64,000 bases of DNA, taken from the NCBI GenBank assembly GCA_030684935.1, contig JAUXXH010000021.1:36974-100973 (forward strand), written 5' to 3'. Below, in pieces: positions 38,230 to 49,000 of this stretch. Every line of letters starts with the position of its first letter. The first letter of the stretch is position 1. The notes under the pieces are model-generated. The model saw only the letters and a program-made list of their open reading frames with translations, was not told where the DNA came from and made no database searches. The DNA comes from Pseudolabrys sp. (GTDB lineage: Bacteria; Pseudomonadota; Alphaproteobacteria; Rhizobiales; Xanthobacteraceae). Made by a program: the position numbers and the translations under genes.

Positions 38230-40023
38230 ATGGACCGTGCCACCGCCCCCCTGCTCGACGGCGCCCGGCTCTCGATCATCGCCAATCGGTTCGGCGGTGT
38301 TTGCCGCAAGATGGGCAACACCCTGCTGCGGACCGGCCGCTCCGGCGTGCTGAACCGGGCCAAGGACTTTTCGTGCTGCATCGTCACCGCCGACTGCGAA
38401 CTCCTGACCGCTGAGGAAAGCCTGCCGATCCATGTGCTGTCCGGTCCCGACCTGATGGTGCGGTGGCTGAACAGCGTGCATCCCAACGTCAAGCGTGGCG
38501 ACGTTTTCCTGCACAACTCGCCCTATCACGGCAATTCGCATCCCGCCGACCACACGCTGCTCATGCCCGTGGTCGATGACGACGGCGTCCACCGCTTCAC
38601 GGTGCTGGCGAAGGCGCATCAGGCCGACATCGGCAATTCGATCCCGACGACCTATCACGGCACCGCGCGCGACGTGTACGAAGAGGGAGCGCTGCTGTTT
38701 CCAGCCGTCAAGGTCGTCGAGAACTACAAGGTCAACGAGGACTTTGTCCGCATGTGCCGGCTTCGCATCCGCGTGCCGGACCAGTGGCATGGCGACTTTC
38801 TGGCCATGCTGGGCGCAGCCTATATCGGCGAGCGGGAAATCCTCGCCATGGGTCAGGAACTGGGCTGGGACAAGCTGTCGGCATTCTGCCGGCAGTGGCT
38901 GGATTATTCGGAAAGCCGGATGATCGAGGCAATCCGCGCGATGCGCGGCGGTTCGGCCAGCGCCACCTCGACCCACGACGCGATCCCGGGGACACCCAAG
39001 GATGGCATCACCGTCACGTCGTCCGTCACCATCGATCCCGACCGCGCGATGATCGATGTCGATCTGACCGACAACCCCGATCAACTGGCCTGCGGGCTCA
39101 ATGTGTCGGAGGCCTGCACGCGGACCTCGGCGATGATCGGGGTCTTCAACTCGGTCGATCCGTCGGTGCCGAAAAATGCCGGCGCGTTCCGCCGCATCGC
39201 CGTCCACCTCAAGGAAGGTGGCGTCGTCGGCATTCCGCAGCATCCGATCAGCTGCTCCGCATCGACCACCAATCTGGCCGACCGGGTCCAGAACGCCACG
39301 CAACTGGCGCTTGCCGCCATTTCGGAACATCTGGGCATGGGGGAGATCGGCTGCTTCTGCCCGCCGTCCACCTCCGTCGTGTCGGGTATCGATCCACGCA
39401 GCGGCAAAGCTTACGTCAACCAGCTTTTTCTGGGACACACCGCGGGCGCGGGCTATGCGAGCGAGGATGCCTGGCTGACCATGCTGCACGCCGGCAATGG
39501 CGGCATGTGCTTCATGGACAGCATCGAACTCGACGAAGTCTATACGCCGATCCTTGTGAAGACGCGGCGTTTGATAGCGGACAGCGAAGGCGCCGGGCAA
39601 TATCGCGGTGCGCCTGGCATCCTGGTGGAGTTCGGCCCCGTCGGCGCCGCCATGCAGGCGGTGTTTGTCGCCGATGGCAACATCAACAATCCGAAAGGCG
39701 CGCGCGGCGGCAGCGCGGCCGCGCCGTCCGCCCAGTTCATCCGTCAGCGCGATGGAACGCTGCGCCCTCTTCCGCAATATTGCGACACATGGATCGGCGA
39801 CGGCGAGACGCTGGTGTCGGTCGCCTGCGGCGGCGGCGGCTACGGCTCGGCGGCGAACCGGGATCCGGAACGGGTTTGCAAAGACGTTCAGGAAGGACTC
39901 GTGACACGCCAGCGCGCGGAGAGCGTCTACGGCACGGTGCTGACGCCGGATTTGCAGGTCGATATCGAGGCCACTGAAAGGCTTCGGGCAGCAAACGAGG
40001 GGCGCGCAACAGTACCCCGCTAA
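38230..40023 (+). CDS. Hydantoinase B/5-oxoprolinase family subunit
   Basis: DFSC, HNSPYHGNSHPAD, AHQADIG, DSEGAGQYRG, GGGGYG. Confidence 0.92.
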   Translation: MDRATAPLLDGARLSIIANRFGGVCRKMGNTLLRTGRSGVLNRAKDFSCCIVTADCELLTAEESLPIHVLSGPDLMVRWLNSVHPNVKRGDVFLHNSPYHGNSHPADHTLLMPVVDDDGVHRFTVLAKAHQADIGNSIPTTYHGTARDVYEEGALLFPAVKVVENYKVNEDFVRMCRLRIRVPDQWHGDFLAMLGAAYIGEREILAMGQELGWDKLSAFCRQWLDYSESRMIEAIRAMRGGSASATSTHDAIPGTPKDGITVTSSVTIDPDRAMIDVDLTDNPDQLACGLNVSEACTRTSAMIGVFNSVDPSVPKNAGAFRRIAVHLKEGGVVGIPQHPISCSASTTNLADRVQNATQLALAAISEHLGMGEIGCFCPPSTSVVSGIDPRSGKAYVNQLFLGHTAGAGYASEDAWLTMLHAGNGGMCFMDSIELDEVYTPILVKTRRLIADSEGAGQYRGAPGILVEFGPVGAAMQAVFVADGNINNPKGARGGSAAAPSAQFIRQRDGTLRPLPQYCDTWIGDGETLVSVACGGGGYGSAANRDPERVCKDVQEGLVTRQRAESVYGTVLTPDLQVDIEATERLRAANEGRATVPR

Positions 40024-40074
40024 CGACGGCCTTTCCGGCGGCTGTCTGGTAAAGCCTCCAAATCCCGGAATGAG

Positions 40075-40149
40075 TGGCTGGGGCGCCAGGATTCGAACCT
40101 GGGGATGGCGGAATCAAAATCCACTGCCTTACCACTTGGCTACGCCCCA
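40075..40149 (-). tRNA. tRNA-Gln (anticodon TTG)
   Basis: TGGGGCGTAGCCAAGTGGTAAGGCAGTGGATTTTGATTCCGCCATCCCCAGGTTCGAATCCTGGCGCCCCAGCCA folds as a cloverleaf with encoded CCA. Confidence 0.97.
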
Positions 40150-40269
40150 ACGCGGCGGACCATAGCGATGCCGCCCGGTCCGATCAACGCCCGGCGGCCC
40201 TAATAAGGCGCTGATTTCCGGCCCCGCCGCCGCGCTTTGACGCCCCCCAAGCCCCGGCTAGGATGCGCC

Positions 40270-42012
40270 ATGACCTATCGCGCGCCGGTTGCCGACATCG
40301 CCTTTGCCCTGAAACACGCCGCCGGGCTGAAAGCGGCGCTGGCCGAGGGGCTTTATGGCGATCTCGACGAGGCAACGGTCGATTCCGTGCTCGAGGAAGC
40401 GGGCCGTTTCGCCACCGAGGTGATCGCCCCCCTCAACCGCATTGGCGACACCTTTGGAACTCCGTTCAAGGACGGCGAAGTCACCACGCCGCCGGGCTGG
40501 AAGGAGGCCTATACCGCCTGGGCCGCCGCCGGCTGGAACGGGCTGGTGGCGCCTGAGGAATGGGGTGGCCAGGATCTGCCGCACGCGGTCAACGCCGCCT
40601 GCATCGAGATGTGGAACGCGGCGTCCATGGCCTTCGGCATCGGCCCGGTGCTGACCATGGCGGCGATCGATGCGCTGGCCGCCTATGGCAGCGACGACCT
40701 CAAACAGGCCTATCTCGGCAAGCTGGTCAGCGGCGAATGGATGGGCACCATGCAGCTCACCGAGCCGCAGGCCGGGTCCGATGTCGGCGCCTTGCGCGCC
40801 AAGGCCGAGCGCGCGGACGACGGCAGCTATCGCCTCACCGGCTCGAAGATCTTCATCACCTATGGCGAGCACGACCTCACCGGCAACATCATTCACTTTG
40901 TTCTTGCCCGCCTGCCCGATGCGCCGGCCGGCACCAAGGGCATCTCGCTGTTTCTTGTGCCGAAGTTTCTGCTGAAGGCGGACGGCGCGCCGGGCGCGCG
41001 CAACGACGTCCGCGCGCATTCGGTCGAGCACAAGATGGGCATCCACGCCTCGCCGACATGCACCATGGTCTATGGCGACAATGGCGGCGCCACCGGTTTC
41101 CTCATCGGCGAGGAACACAAGGGCATGGCGGCGATGTTCACGATGATGAATCGCGCCCGCCTCGCCGTCGGCCTGCAGGGCGTGGCGATTGCCGATCGCG
41201 CCACGCAGCAGGCGATGGGCTATGCCCGCGACCGCAAGCAGAGCGGCCACGCCATCATCGATTACCCCGACGTCAAGCGCATGTTGCTGACCATGCGGGC
41301 GCTCACCGGCGCGGCGCGCGCCATCTGCTACTCGACCGGCGTCGCCATCGACCGCGCCCACCGCGACAAAAGCGATGCCGCGCGCAAGGCGGCGTTCGAG
41401 CGCGCTTCGCTGCTCACGCCCGTGGCCAAGGCCTTCGCCACCGACATCGGCATTGAGGTCGCCTCGCTCGGCGTGCAGGTGCATGGCGGCATGGGCTTCA
41501 TCGAGGAGACCGGCGCCGCGCAGCATTATCGCGACGCGCGCATCGCCGCGATCTATGAAGGCACCAACGGCATCCAGGCGCTCGATCTGGTGGCGCGCAA
41601 GCTGCCGCTCGATGGCGGCCGCACCGTTGCCGTCTATCTCGATGAGTTGCGTCAGACGGTGGCGCAGGTGAAGGCCAGCAATGCGCCGGCCTTCGGCGCG
41701 ACGGCGGAGACACTGGGCGAGGCCGTCGAGAGCCTCGCGCGCGCCACGCAATGGCTGCTGGCGCAGAAGGCGTCGCCGTCGGCCTTGGCCGGCGCGACAC
41801 CTTATCTGCGGCTGTTCGGCAATGCCGCCGGCGGCTGCATGTTGGCGGATCAGGCTTTGGCGGCGCTGCGCGACAGCGGCGATGGGGCGGCGCGCATTGG
41901 GTTGGCGCGATTCTTTGCCGAGAACATCGCGGTGCAGGCATCGGGTCTGGAGCGCAGCGTCACCGAAGGCGCCGACAGCATCACGGATGCCGAAGCGGCT
42001 TTGGCGGACTAG
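40270..42012 (+). CDS. Acyl-CoA dehydrogenase
   Basis: GTMQLTEPQAGSD, GSKIFIT, EHKMGIHASPT, QVHGGMGF, IYEGTNGIQ. Confidence 0.93.
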   Translation: MTYRAPVADIAFALKHAAGLKAALAEGLYGDLDEATVDSVLEEAGRFATEVIAPLNRIGDTFGTPFKDGEVTTPPGWKEAYTAWAAAGWNGLVAPEEWGGQDLPHAVNAACIEMWNAASMAFGIGPVLTMAAIDALAAYGSDDLKQAYLGKLVSGEWMGTMQLTEPQAGSDVGALRAKAERADDGSYRLTGSKIFITYGEHDLTGNIIHFVLARLPDAPAGTKGISLFLVPKFLLKADGAPGARNDVRAHSVEHKMGIHASPTCTMVYGDNGGATGFLIGEEHKGMAAMFTMMNRARLAVGLQGVAIADRATQQAMGYARDRKQSGHAIIDYPDVKRMLLTMRALTGAARAICYSTGVAIDRAHRDKSDAARKAAFERASLLTPVAKAFATDIGIEVASLGVQVHGGMGFIEETGAAQHYRDARIAAIYEGTNGIQALDLVARKLPLDGGRTVAVYLDELRQTVAQVKASNAPAFGATAETLGEAVESLARATQWLLAQKASPSALAGATPYLRLFGNAAGGCMLADQALAALRDSGDGAARIGLARFFAENIAVQASGLERSVTEGADSITDAEAALAD

Positions 42013-42014
42013 CC

Positions 42015-42764
42015 ATGACTGATCTCGTTCTTGTCAGCGACGACGGCCCGGTCCGTACCATCCGGATGAACCGGCCGGACAAGAAGAACGCCCTGACACT
42101 GCCGATGTATGACGCCATGGCCGACGCCATCGCCAGCACGCATCAGGACCCGAACCTGCGCTGTCTGCTGATCGCCGGCGCGCCTACCGTGTTCTGCGCC
42201 GGGAATGACATCGGCGATTTTCTGATGATGGCCGATGGTGGCGCGCTCGGCGCGCCGATCGTGCGTTTTCTGCATACGCTGGCGCGCTGCGACACGCCTT
42301 TGGTCGCCGCGGTGCAGGGCAACGCGGTCGGCGTCGGCACCACGATGCTGATGCATTGCGATCACGTGGTGGCGAGCACCACGGCGCGCTTCGCCACGCC
42401 CTTCGTCGGCCTCGGCCTGGTGCCGGAAGCCGCGTCGAGCCTGATCGCGCCGCGGCTGATGGGTCACGCGCGGGCATTTTCTTTGTTGGTGATGGGCCGG
42501 CCGCTCAACGCCGACGAGGCCAAGTCCGCCGGGCTGGTCAACAGCGTGGTGGCGCCCGAGGCCGTCGAGGAAGAAGCCATGAAGGCGGCGCGCGACATCG
42601 CCGCCCTGCCGCCGGAGGCGGTGCTGGCGTCGCGGCGGCTGATGCGCGGTGCGCCGGACGAGATCGTGGCGCGGATCGATGAAGAAGCCGAGGCGTTCAA
42701 GGCGCGGCTGAAGTCAACGGAGGCCCGCGCCGCCTTCGAGGCGTTCATGGGCAGGAAGAAGTAA
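42015..42764 (+). CDS. Enoyl-CoA hydratase/isomerase family protein
   Basis: NRPDKKNAL, FCAGND, AVGVG, GLVPEAASS. Confidence 0.92.
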   Translation: MTDLVLVSDDGPVRTIRMNRPDKKNALTLPMYDAMADAIASTHQDPNLRCLLIAGAPTVFCAGNDIGDFLMMADGGALGAPIVRFLHTLARCDTPLVAAVQGNAVGVGTTMLMHCDHVVASTTARFATPFVGLGLVPEAASSLIAPRLMGHARAFSLLVMGRPLNADEAKSAGLVNSVVAPEAVEEEAMKAARDIAALPPEAVLASRRLMRGAPDEIVARIDEEAEAFKARLKSTEARAAFEAFMGRKK

Positions 42765-42774
42765 GGCTTGCTTC

Positions 42775-42910
42775 ACCCTCCCCTGGAGGGGGAGGGTCGC
42801 GAGCTCTTGCGAGCGGGGTGGGGTGAACTTGCGTTCGTCAGTGAAGCTCACCCCACCCCGACTGCTTTCGTTTCACTCAAGCAGTCGACCCTCCCCCTCC
42901 AGGGGAGGGT
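42775..42910. repeat. Long REP-like palindromic element
   Basis: Perfect 25-bp terminal inverted repeats ACCCTCCCCTGGAGGGGGAGGGTCG with inner GGGGTGGGGTGA/TCACCCCACCCC arms, between convergent genes. Confidence 0.85.
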
Positions 42911-42924
42911 AAGAAAGCGGAACC

Positions 42925-43869
42925 TCACAACGGCGTCAGGCCCGCCTCGATCTCCTTGCGGCGATCTTCCAGGAACGGCGGCAGCACCAGCGTCTCGCCG
43001 AGTCTGTCGAGCGGCTCGTCGACCGCAAAGCCCGGCCCGTCGGTGGCGATCTCGAACAGGATGCCGTTCGGCTCGCGGAAATACAGCGAGCGAAACCAGA
43101 ATCGGTCGACCTTGCCGCTGTTCGGAATGCGTAACTCGCGCAGCCGCGCCGCCCAAGCGTCGTAGTCGGCGTCGGGAATGCGGAACGCGACATGGTGCAC
43201 ACCGCCGGCGCCGGGATGCGCCGGCGCCAGATTGGGCCGCACCGCGACGTGCAGTTCTGCGGCCGGGCCGCCCTCGCCCATCTCGTAGACGTGAACGCCG
43301 TCGCCCTTGGACTCGGGGTGCGGATAGTCCCGCACGGGCCGGGCGTTCATGACATTGGTCAGCACCAGGTCGGTCGGCCGCAGCTCCGGCACCGTCATGG
43401 TGATCGGGCCCAGGCCGCGGATCTGGTGCGCAACCGGCACCGGGCTCTTGTCCCACGGGTGGGAGGTGCCCTTGCCGCCGTCGTCGACCAGCGCCAGCCG
43501 CTGCCCCTCCGGATCCTCGAAATAAAGCGTGGCCCGCCCGTCGATCTCGGCGATATCGCCCACTTTTACCGCCGCCTTGGTCAGGCGGTCGCGCCAGTAG
43601 TCCAGCGCCGCCGCGCCATTCACGCGCAGGCCGGTCCGGGTAATGGTATTATTGCCGCGCTTTTCCGGCAGAGTCGGAAAGTCGAAGAACGTTATGTCGC
43701 TGCCGGGCGACGCCACGCCATCGGCATAGAACAAGTGATAGGCGGAGACGTCGTCCTGGTTCACGGTCTTCTTGACCAGACGCAGGCCGAGGAGCTTGCT
43801 GTAGAAACGCACATTTCCCGGCGCGTCGGCCGACACGGCGGTGAGATGGTGGATGCCGGAAAGCTGCAT
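42925..43869 (-). CDS. Ring-cleaving dioxygenase, glyoxalase family (MhqA/PcpA-like)
   Basis: [45 protein letters not shown]. Confidence 0.9.
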   Translation of the reverse strand: MQLSGIHHLTAVSADAPGNVRFYSKLLGLRLVKKTVNQDDVSAYHLFYADGVASPGSDITFFDFPTLPEKRGNNTITRTGLRVNGAAALDYWRDRLTKAAVKVGDIAEIDGRATLYFEDPEGQRLALVDDGGKGTSHPWDKSPVPVAHQIRGLGPITMTVPELRPTDLVLTNVMNARPVRDYPHPESKGDGVHVYEMGEGGPAAELHVAVRPNLAPAHPGAGGVHHVAFRIPDADYDAWAARLRELRIPNSGKVDRFWFRSLYFREPNGILFEIATDGPGFAVDEPLDRLGETLVLPPFLEDRRKEIEAGLTPL

Positions 43870-43939
43870 GGGCCTGGCCTCGTTGATGAATTTGTCGGGC
43901 TCATTTAGGCACCCGGGACAAAATTGCGAGGGCTGAGCC

Positions 43940-44803
43940 ATGTCGCTGAAGGGCAAGACCCTGTTCATCACCGGCGGATCGCGCGGCATCGGGCTGGCGA
44001 TCGCGCTGAAAGCCGCCGCCGACGGCGCCAATATCGCCATCGCCGCCAAGACGGTCACCGCGCATCCCAAGCTCGAGGGCACCATCCACACCGCGGCGGC
44101 GGACATCGCCAAGGCCGGCGGCCAGGCGCTGCCGATCGCCTGCGACATTCGCGACGAGGAGGCGGTCAAGGCGGCCATCGAACAGACCGTGAAAGCCTTC
44201 GGCGGCCTCGACATCGTCGTCAACAATGCCAGCGCCATCCAGCTCACGCCGGTGGAATCGACCGACATGCGCCGCTACGACCTGATGATGGGGGTCAACG
44301 CGCGCGGCAGCTTCATGGTGTCGAAACACGCGCTACCCTATCTGAACAAGGCCGCCAACCCGCATATCCTGATGCTGTCGCCGCCGCTCGACATGCAGGA
44401 GAAATGGTTCGCCCCGGCCACCGCCTATGCCATGGCCAAGTTCGGCATGAGCCTCGTTGTACTGGGGCTGGCCGGCGAGCAGCGCGGCAAGATTGCCGTC
44501 AATGCGCTGTGGCCGCGCACCACCATCGCCACGGCGGCGATCAAGAACCTGCTCGGCGGTGACGCCATCATGCGGATGTCGCGCAAGCCCGACATCCTGG
44601 CGGACGCGGCCTGCCGCATTTTCAAGAAACCGCGCGACTTCACCGGCCATTTCCTGATCGACGACACGTTCCTCGCCACGGAAGGCGTCACCGACTTCGA
44701 TCGCTACCGCGTCGACCCGAGCCAGCCGCTGCAGGTCGATTTCTTCGTGCCAGACGAAATCTCGGCGCCGCGCGGCGTGAGTTTGCTGGCCAAAAGCGGC
44801 TGA
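43940..44803 (+). CDS. SDR oxidoreductase (HSDL2-like)
   Basis: [43 protein letters not shown]. Confidence 0.9.
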   Translation: MSLKGKTLFITGGSRGIGLAIALKAAADGANIAIAAKTVTAHPKLEGTIHTAAADIAKAGGQALPIACDIRDEEAVKAAIEQTVKAFGGLDIVVNNASAIQLTPVESTDMRRYDLMMGVNARGSFMVSKHALPYLNKAANPHILMLSPPLDMQEKWFAPATAYAMAKFGMSLVVLGLAGEQRGKIAVNALWPRTTIATAAIKNLLGGDAIMRMSRKPDILADAACRIFKKPRDFTGHFLIDDTFLATEGVTDFDRYRVDPSQPLQVDFFVPDEISAPRGVSLLAKSG

Positions 44804-44805
44804 CC

Positions 44806-45507
44806 TCAGATGTCGCGCATGTCCCGCGCGGTGGTGCCGGTGCTGGTATTGTAGGCATATTTGGACCAGTTGCGGATCAATGTTTCGTCCGACGGCTTGG
44901 TGGCCTTCACTTCCGGCAATTCATTCATGACGCCGATCCAGGCGCGCAGCCGCTCGCATTCCTCCGGCAGAGCGAAATTCCGGTAGTGCTTCAGCACGAC
45001 AAAGCGCTGCACATGCGGGAAGAAGGTGAAGTCGACGAGATTGGGCTTGTCGCCGAACCAGAACGGGCCGTCCGACAGTTTCCGCAGGCCGTCATGCTCC
45101 ATCAACAGCACAGCCTCGGTCAGCCGCTCGCGATGCGCCTCCTGCCCTTCTTTGTCCTGGCGCAGCATCATCTTGTAAACGTGCGGCACCATCCGGTCGT
45201 TGGCGAAGGCGATCCAGATCCGCGCCAGCGCCCGCCGGACCGGATCCTTCGGCAGCAGCGGCGGGTCCGGCAGCACATCGTCGAGATACTCGTTGATGAC
45301 GGCCGATTCATACAGCACGCTGTCGCGGTGACGGAGCACGGGCACTTTGGCGTAGGGTGAAATCTGCAGGAACCAGTCCGGCTTGGCGTCGAGACTGATT
45401 TCGGTGAACTTGAAATCGACGCCCTTGGTCATCAGCACCATGCGGCTGCGCTGCGCGAAGGGGCAGGTCGTCGAACTGATGAGTTCGATCGTATCGGTGC
45501 TGAGCAT
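44806..45507 (-). CDS. Glutathione S-transferase (Cys-type, omega-like)
   Basis: CPFAQR, KVPVL, ESAVINEYLD. Confidence 0.9.
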   Translation of the reverse strand: MLSTDTIELISSTTCPFAQRSRMVLMTKGVDFKFTEISLDAKPDWFLQISPYAKVPVLRHRDSVLYESAVINEYLDDVLPDPPLLPKDPVRRALARIWIAFANDRMVPHVYKMMLRQDKEGQEAHRERLTEAVLLMEHDGLRKLSDGPFWFGDKPNLVDFTFFPHVQRFVVLKHYRNFALPEECERLRAWIGVMNELPEVKATKPSDETLIRNWSKYAYNTSTGTTARDMRDI

Positions 45508-45650
45508 GGCGGCGCGTCCGTTCGTTTTTGGCCTCAAGGCGACCATACGACACTAGCAAGCCGGCGCATCCCCACAATGGCGTGATTATCGGCCGGAAAC
45601 AGCGCCCGGAAGGGTTTGCGCTCGACAACCGCGGCGCGCTAGAAAGTCAT

Positions 45651-46580
45651 ATGTCGACCCTCCTGATTTCCCATTCCGCCTGCCTCGATCACCTGACGCC
45701 GCCGGGCCACCCGGAGCGGCCGGACCGGCTGCGCGCAGTCGAGGAGGCTTTCGCCGACGAAAGGTTTCAGACGCTGGCGCGCGAGCAGGCGCCGATGGCG
45801 CCGCAGGAGATCATCGCGCTGGCCCACCCGATGGATTACATCGAGTCGATCCGCAACGCTTCCCCGTCCGAAGGCATGGTGCGGCTCGACGGCGACACCT
45901 CGATGTCGCCCGGCAGCTTCGAGGCGGCGCTGCGCGCGGTCGGCGGCGGCGTGCTGGCGGTCGACGAGGTCATGAACCAGAGGGCGGCCAATGCCTTCGT
46001 CGCCACGCGCCCGCCCGGCCATCACGCCGAGACGGCGCGGCCGATGGGCTTCTGCCTGTTCAACAGCGCCGCCATCGCCGCGCGCTATGCGCAGGACCGC
46101 TACGGCGTCGAGCGCGCCGCGATCGTCGACTTCGACGTGCATCACGGCAACGGTTCGCAGGACATCTTCTGGGCCGACAAGAGCGTGATGTATTGCTCGA
46201 CCCACGAGATGCCGCTGTATCCCGGATCGGGCGCGTCAGGCGAACGCGGCGAGCACGACACCATCGTCAATGCGCCGCTGCGCGCCGGCGATGGCGGCGA
46301 CAAATTTCGCGACGCCTTCATGACCGTGATCCTGCCGCGGCTGCGCGACTTCCGTCCCGACATTCTGATCATCTCGGCCGGCTTTGACGCCCATACCCGC
46401 GATCCGCTCGCCAATCTCAATCTGGTGGAAGCCGACTTCACCTGGGTCACCCAGCGGCTGATGCAGATCGCCGACGAAAGCGCGCAAGGCCGCATCGTCT
46501 CGCTGCTGGAAGGCGGCTACGACCTGCAGGGCCTGGCGCGCTCGGCCGCGGCCCATGTCACCGCGCTGATGCGGGGTTGA
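45651..46580 (+). CDS. Histone deacetylase family protein
   Basis: HPERPDRL, RPPGHHA, GFCLFN, DFDVHHGNG, SAGFDAH, LEGGY. Confidence 0.93.
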   Translation: MSTLLISHSACLDHLTPPGHPERPDRLRAVEEAFADERFQTLAREQAPMAPQEIIALAHPMDYIESIRNASPSEGMVRLDGDTSMSPGSFEAALRAVGGGVLAVDEVMNQRAANAFVATRPPGHHAETARPMGFCLFNSAAIAARYAQDRYGVERAAIVDFDVHHGNGSQDIFWADKSVMYCSTHEMPLYPGSGASGERGEHDTIVNAPLRAGDGGDKFRDAFMTVILPRLRDFRPDILIISAGFDAHTRDPLANLNLVEADFTWVTQRLMQIADESAQGRIVSLLEGGYDLQGLARSAAAHVTALMRG

Positions 46581-46582
46581 GT

Positions 46583-47365
46583 ATGCAACCGGTCTGCCTC
46601 ATCACCGGCGCCTCGGCCGGCATCGGCGCGGCGCTCGCCCGCGTCTTTGCCCAGAACGGCCACACGCTGGTGCTGACCGCACGGCGCGCGGCGCAGCTCA
46701 ATGCGCTCGCCGACGACATCGCCAAGGCCGGCCACCCGCGCCCGCATGTCATCGCCGCCGATCTCGGCGCGGCGGATGGCATCGAGGCACTGGCGGAGGC
46801 CATGCGCGCCCTTGATCTTGAGCCGGCGTTTGTCGTCAACAATGCCGGCTTCGGCCTGCTCGGCGACGCGGCGACCAGCGACCGGGCCGACACGCTCGCC
46901 ATGATCGATCTCAACACCCGCGCGCTGACCGACCTGTCGCTGCGCTTTCTTGACAGCGTCAAGCGGTACCGCGGCGGCCTTCTCAATGTCGCGTCGGTGG
47001 CCGCGTTCCAGCCCGGCCCCGGCATGGCCGTCTATCACGCCACCAAGGCCTATGTGCTGTCGCTGTCGGAAAGCCTGCACCAGGAGCTCAAGGACGACGG
47101 CGTGCGCGTCTGCACTTTATGTCCCGGCCCGGTCGACACCGAGTTCAACCGCCGCGCCGGCATACCGGGGCGTTATTTCCCGGCCTTTCTCCGCTGCCCC
47201 GCCGGGCAAGTGGCGCAACAGGGCTACGACGGCTTCATGGGCGGTCACCGCGTCGTGGTGCCGGGCAAACTCAACCGCATCGCCACCTTACTGCCGCGGC
47301 TTCTGCCGCGCGGCCTGATCCTCGCCGCCATGGGATTTCGCTGGCAGCAGGCACGATCCCGCTAA
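46583..47365 (+). CDS. SDR family oxidoreductase
   Basis: TGASAGIG, VNNAGFG, YHATKA. Confidence 0.9.
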   Translation: MQPVCLITGASAGIGAALARVFAQNGHTLVLTARRAAQLNALADDIAKAGHPRPHVIAADLGAADGIEALAEAMRALDLEPAFVVNNAGFGLLGDAATSDRADTLAMIDLNTRALTDLSLRFLDSVKRYRGGLLNVASVAAFQPGPGMAVYHATKAYVLSLSESLHQELKDDGVRVCTLCPGPVDTEFNRRAGIPGRYFPAFLRCPAGQVAQQGYDGFMGGHRVVVPGKLNRIATLLPRLLPRGLILAAMGFRWQQARSR

Positions 47366-47422
47366 TGCTTTGCCGGCCGTCCTCGCCTAGGATGGCCGCC
47401 ACGAATCGAGCCGGAAAGCACC

Positions 47423-47674
47423 ATGGTTGAAAAGAACAACACCGACGTCACCAAGATGCCCTTCGAGCGCGCGATCGAGGAACTTGAATCGATCGTCAAG
47501 CGGCTGGAAGAAGGCAAGGTGCCGCTCGAGGAGTCGGTGGCGATCTACGAGCGCGGCGAGGTGCTGAAGAAGCGCTGCGAGGAACTGCTGCGCCAGGCCG
47601 AAGCGCGCGTCGAGAAGATCACGCTCGATGCCTCCGGCCGCCCGACCGGCAGCGAACCGCTCGACGTCGACTGA
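47423..47674 (+). CDS. xseB: Exodeoxyribonuclease VII small subunit
   Basis: [27 protein letters not shown]. Confidence 0.93.
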   Translation: MVEKNNTDVTKMPFERAIEELESIVKRLEEGKVPLEESVAIYERGEVLKKRCEELLRQAEARVEKITLDASGRPTGSEPLDVD

Positions 47675-47683
47675 CGGCGCCGG

Positions 47684-48895
47684 GTGCAGATCCGCCGCCG
47701 CACCATCTTCTACGTTCAGGGCTACGATCCGCGCGGCATCGCCGAATATTACCGGATGTTCCGGCGCGAATTCCGCTGCACCTGCGAGCTGTACGGCCTG
47801 ACCGGCAAAATCAGCGGCGCGCAGCACGACCCCAAACGTTTCATCACGTCATGGGACGTGAGCACCCACGGCGACGGCTGGCAGGTCGAGACCCGCTATC
47901 AATTCCTGCGCTGGGAAGACATCATCCGCCAGGACTTCGCGCGTCCGGCGTGGTGGAAGATCGCGCATATGTATGCCGCGACCGTGCGGGCCTTGCTGAA
48001 CGGCGTCATCGTCCGCATGCTGAGGGCACACTGGCGCTTCGGCCTTTTCACGCTCTACACACCGCTGCTGATGACGCTGTGGCTGGCGCTCGGCGTCGCC
48101 ATCGGCATCCTGGCGTCGAAGCTTGTGGCCGCCCTCGGCGCGCCCCTGCCGGTCCCCACCATGGTCGGCCTTGTCGCCGCCATCGGCTCGTTCGGCTCTT
48201 TGTTATGGCTGACCGAGTCGCGGACCTATCTGCTCTATCTCTGCGACGACGTGGTGGCGACCGACCGCTTCGCTCATTGCAAGCGGCCGGACTGGGACGA
48301 GCGCCTGGAAACCTTCGCCGGCTACGTGGCCGATGCGATGGCGCGCAGCGACGCCGACGAGATCATCGTGATCGGCCACAGCTCGGGCTCGTTTCTCGCC
48401 GTCGATGTGCTCGACCGGGCGCTGGCGCGCGACCCGGCCCTCGGCCGGCACGGGCCGCGCGTGCGCCTGCTGACGCTGGGCGCCAATCTGCCGATCGTCG
48501 GCTTCCACCCGGCGGCGCAGTGGTTCCGCGACCGCATGCGGCGGCTGGCGCACGCCCCCGACATCGACTGGGTCGATTACCAGTCGCGCCATGACGTCAT
48601 GAATTTCTGGCCGTTCGACCCCATCACCGGGCACGGCATCGAACCGGCCCCGGGCCGCACCAATCCGACCGTGGTCGCCATCAGCTTCCGCGACCTGTGG
48701 AAAGGCGGCCATTTCGGCCGCCGCCGCTGGCGCTTCTTTTCGGCCCATTTCCAGTTCCTGCTGGCCAATGAGCGGCTGGGATCTGCCTACGACTACTACC
48801 TGATCTGCTGCGGGCCGTTCGACCTGATGACCCGGGCGACCGCGCCGGACAGGGTCACGGCCGCCGCCCCCGAGGCGGGAACCTCCAATAAGTAG
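47684..48895 (+). CDS. Hypothetical membrane-anchored protein with lipase-like motif
   Basis: Two hydrophobic segments and VIGHSSG; fills the gap between xseB and dxs with normal codon usage. Confidence 0.7.
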   Translation: MQIRRRTIFYVQGYDPRGIAEYYRMFRREFRCTCELYGLTGKISGAQHDPKRFITSWDVSTHGDGWQVETRYQFLRWEDIIRQDFARPAWWKIAHMYAATVRALLNGVIVRMLRAHWRFGLFTLYTPLLMTLWLALGVAIGILASKLVAALGAPLPVPTMVGLVAAIGSFGSLLWLTESRTYLLYLCDDVVATDRFAHCKRPDWDERLETFAGYVADAMARSDADEIIVIGHSSGSFLAVDVLDRALARDPALGRHGPRVRLLTLGANLPIVGFHPAAQWFRDRMRRLAHAPDIDWVDYQSRHDVMNFWPFDPITGHGIEPAPGRTNPTVVAISFRDLWKGGHFGRRRWRFFSAHFQFLLANERLGSAYDYYLICCGPFDLMTRATAPDRVTAAAPEAGTSNK

Positions 48896-49000
48896 TGGCG
48901 AATTGCCCGCCCCGGCCTATCTGGTGTAAGCCACGGTGGCCCGGTCGGATACGGCTGGCGCGGCCCGCACCCGGGCCTAAAGACCCTTTCGGAGTACGTT

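Noticed and set aside
42925-44268. 447-aa version of the ring-cleaving dioxygenase
   Set aside because: The N-terminal extension overlaps the divergent SDR gene; family similarity begins at Met 43869
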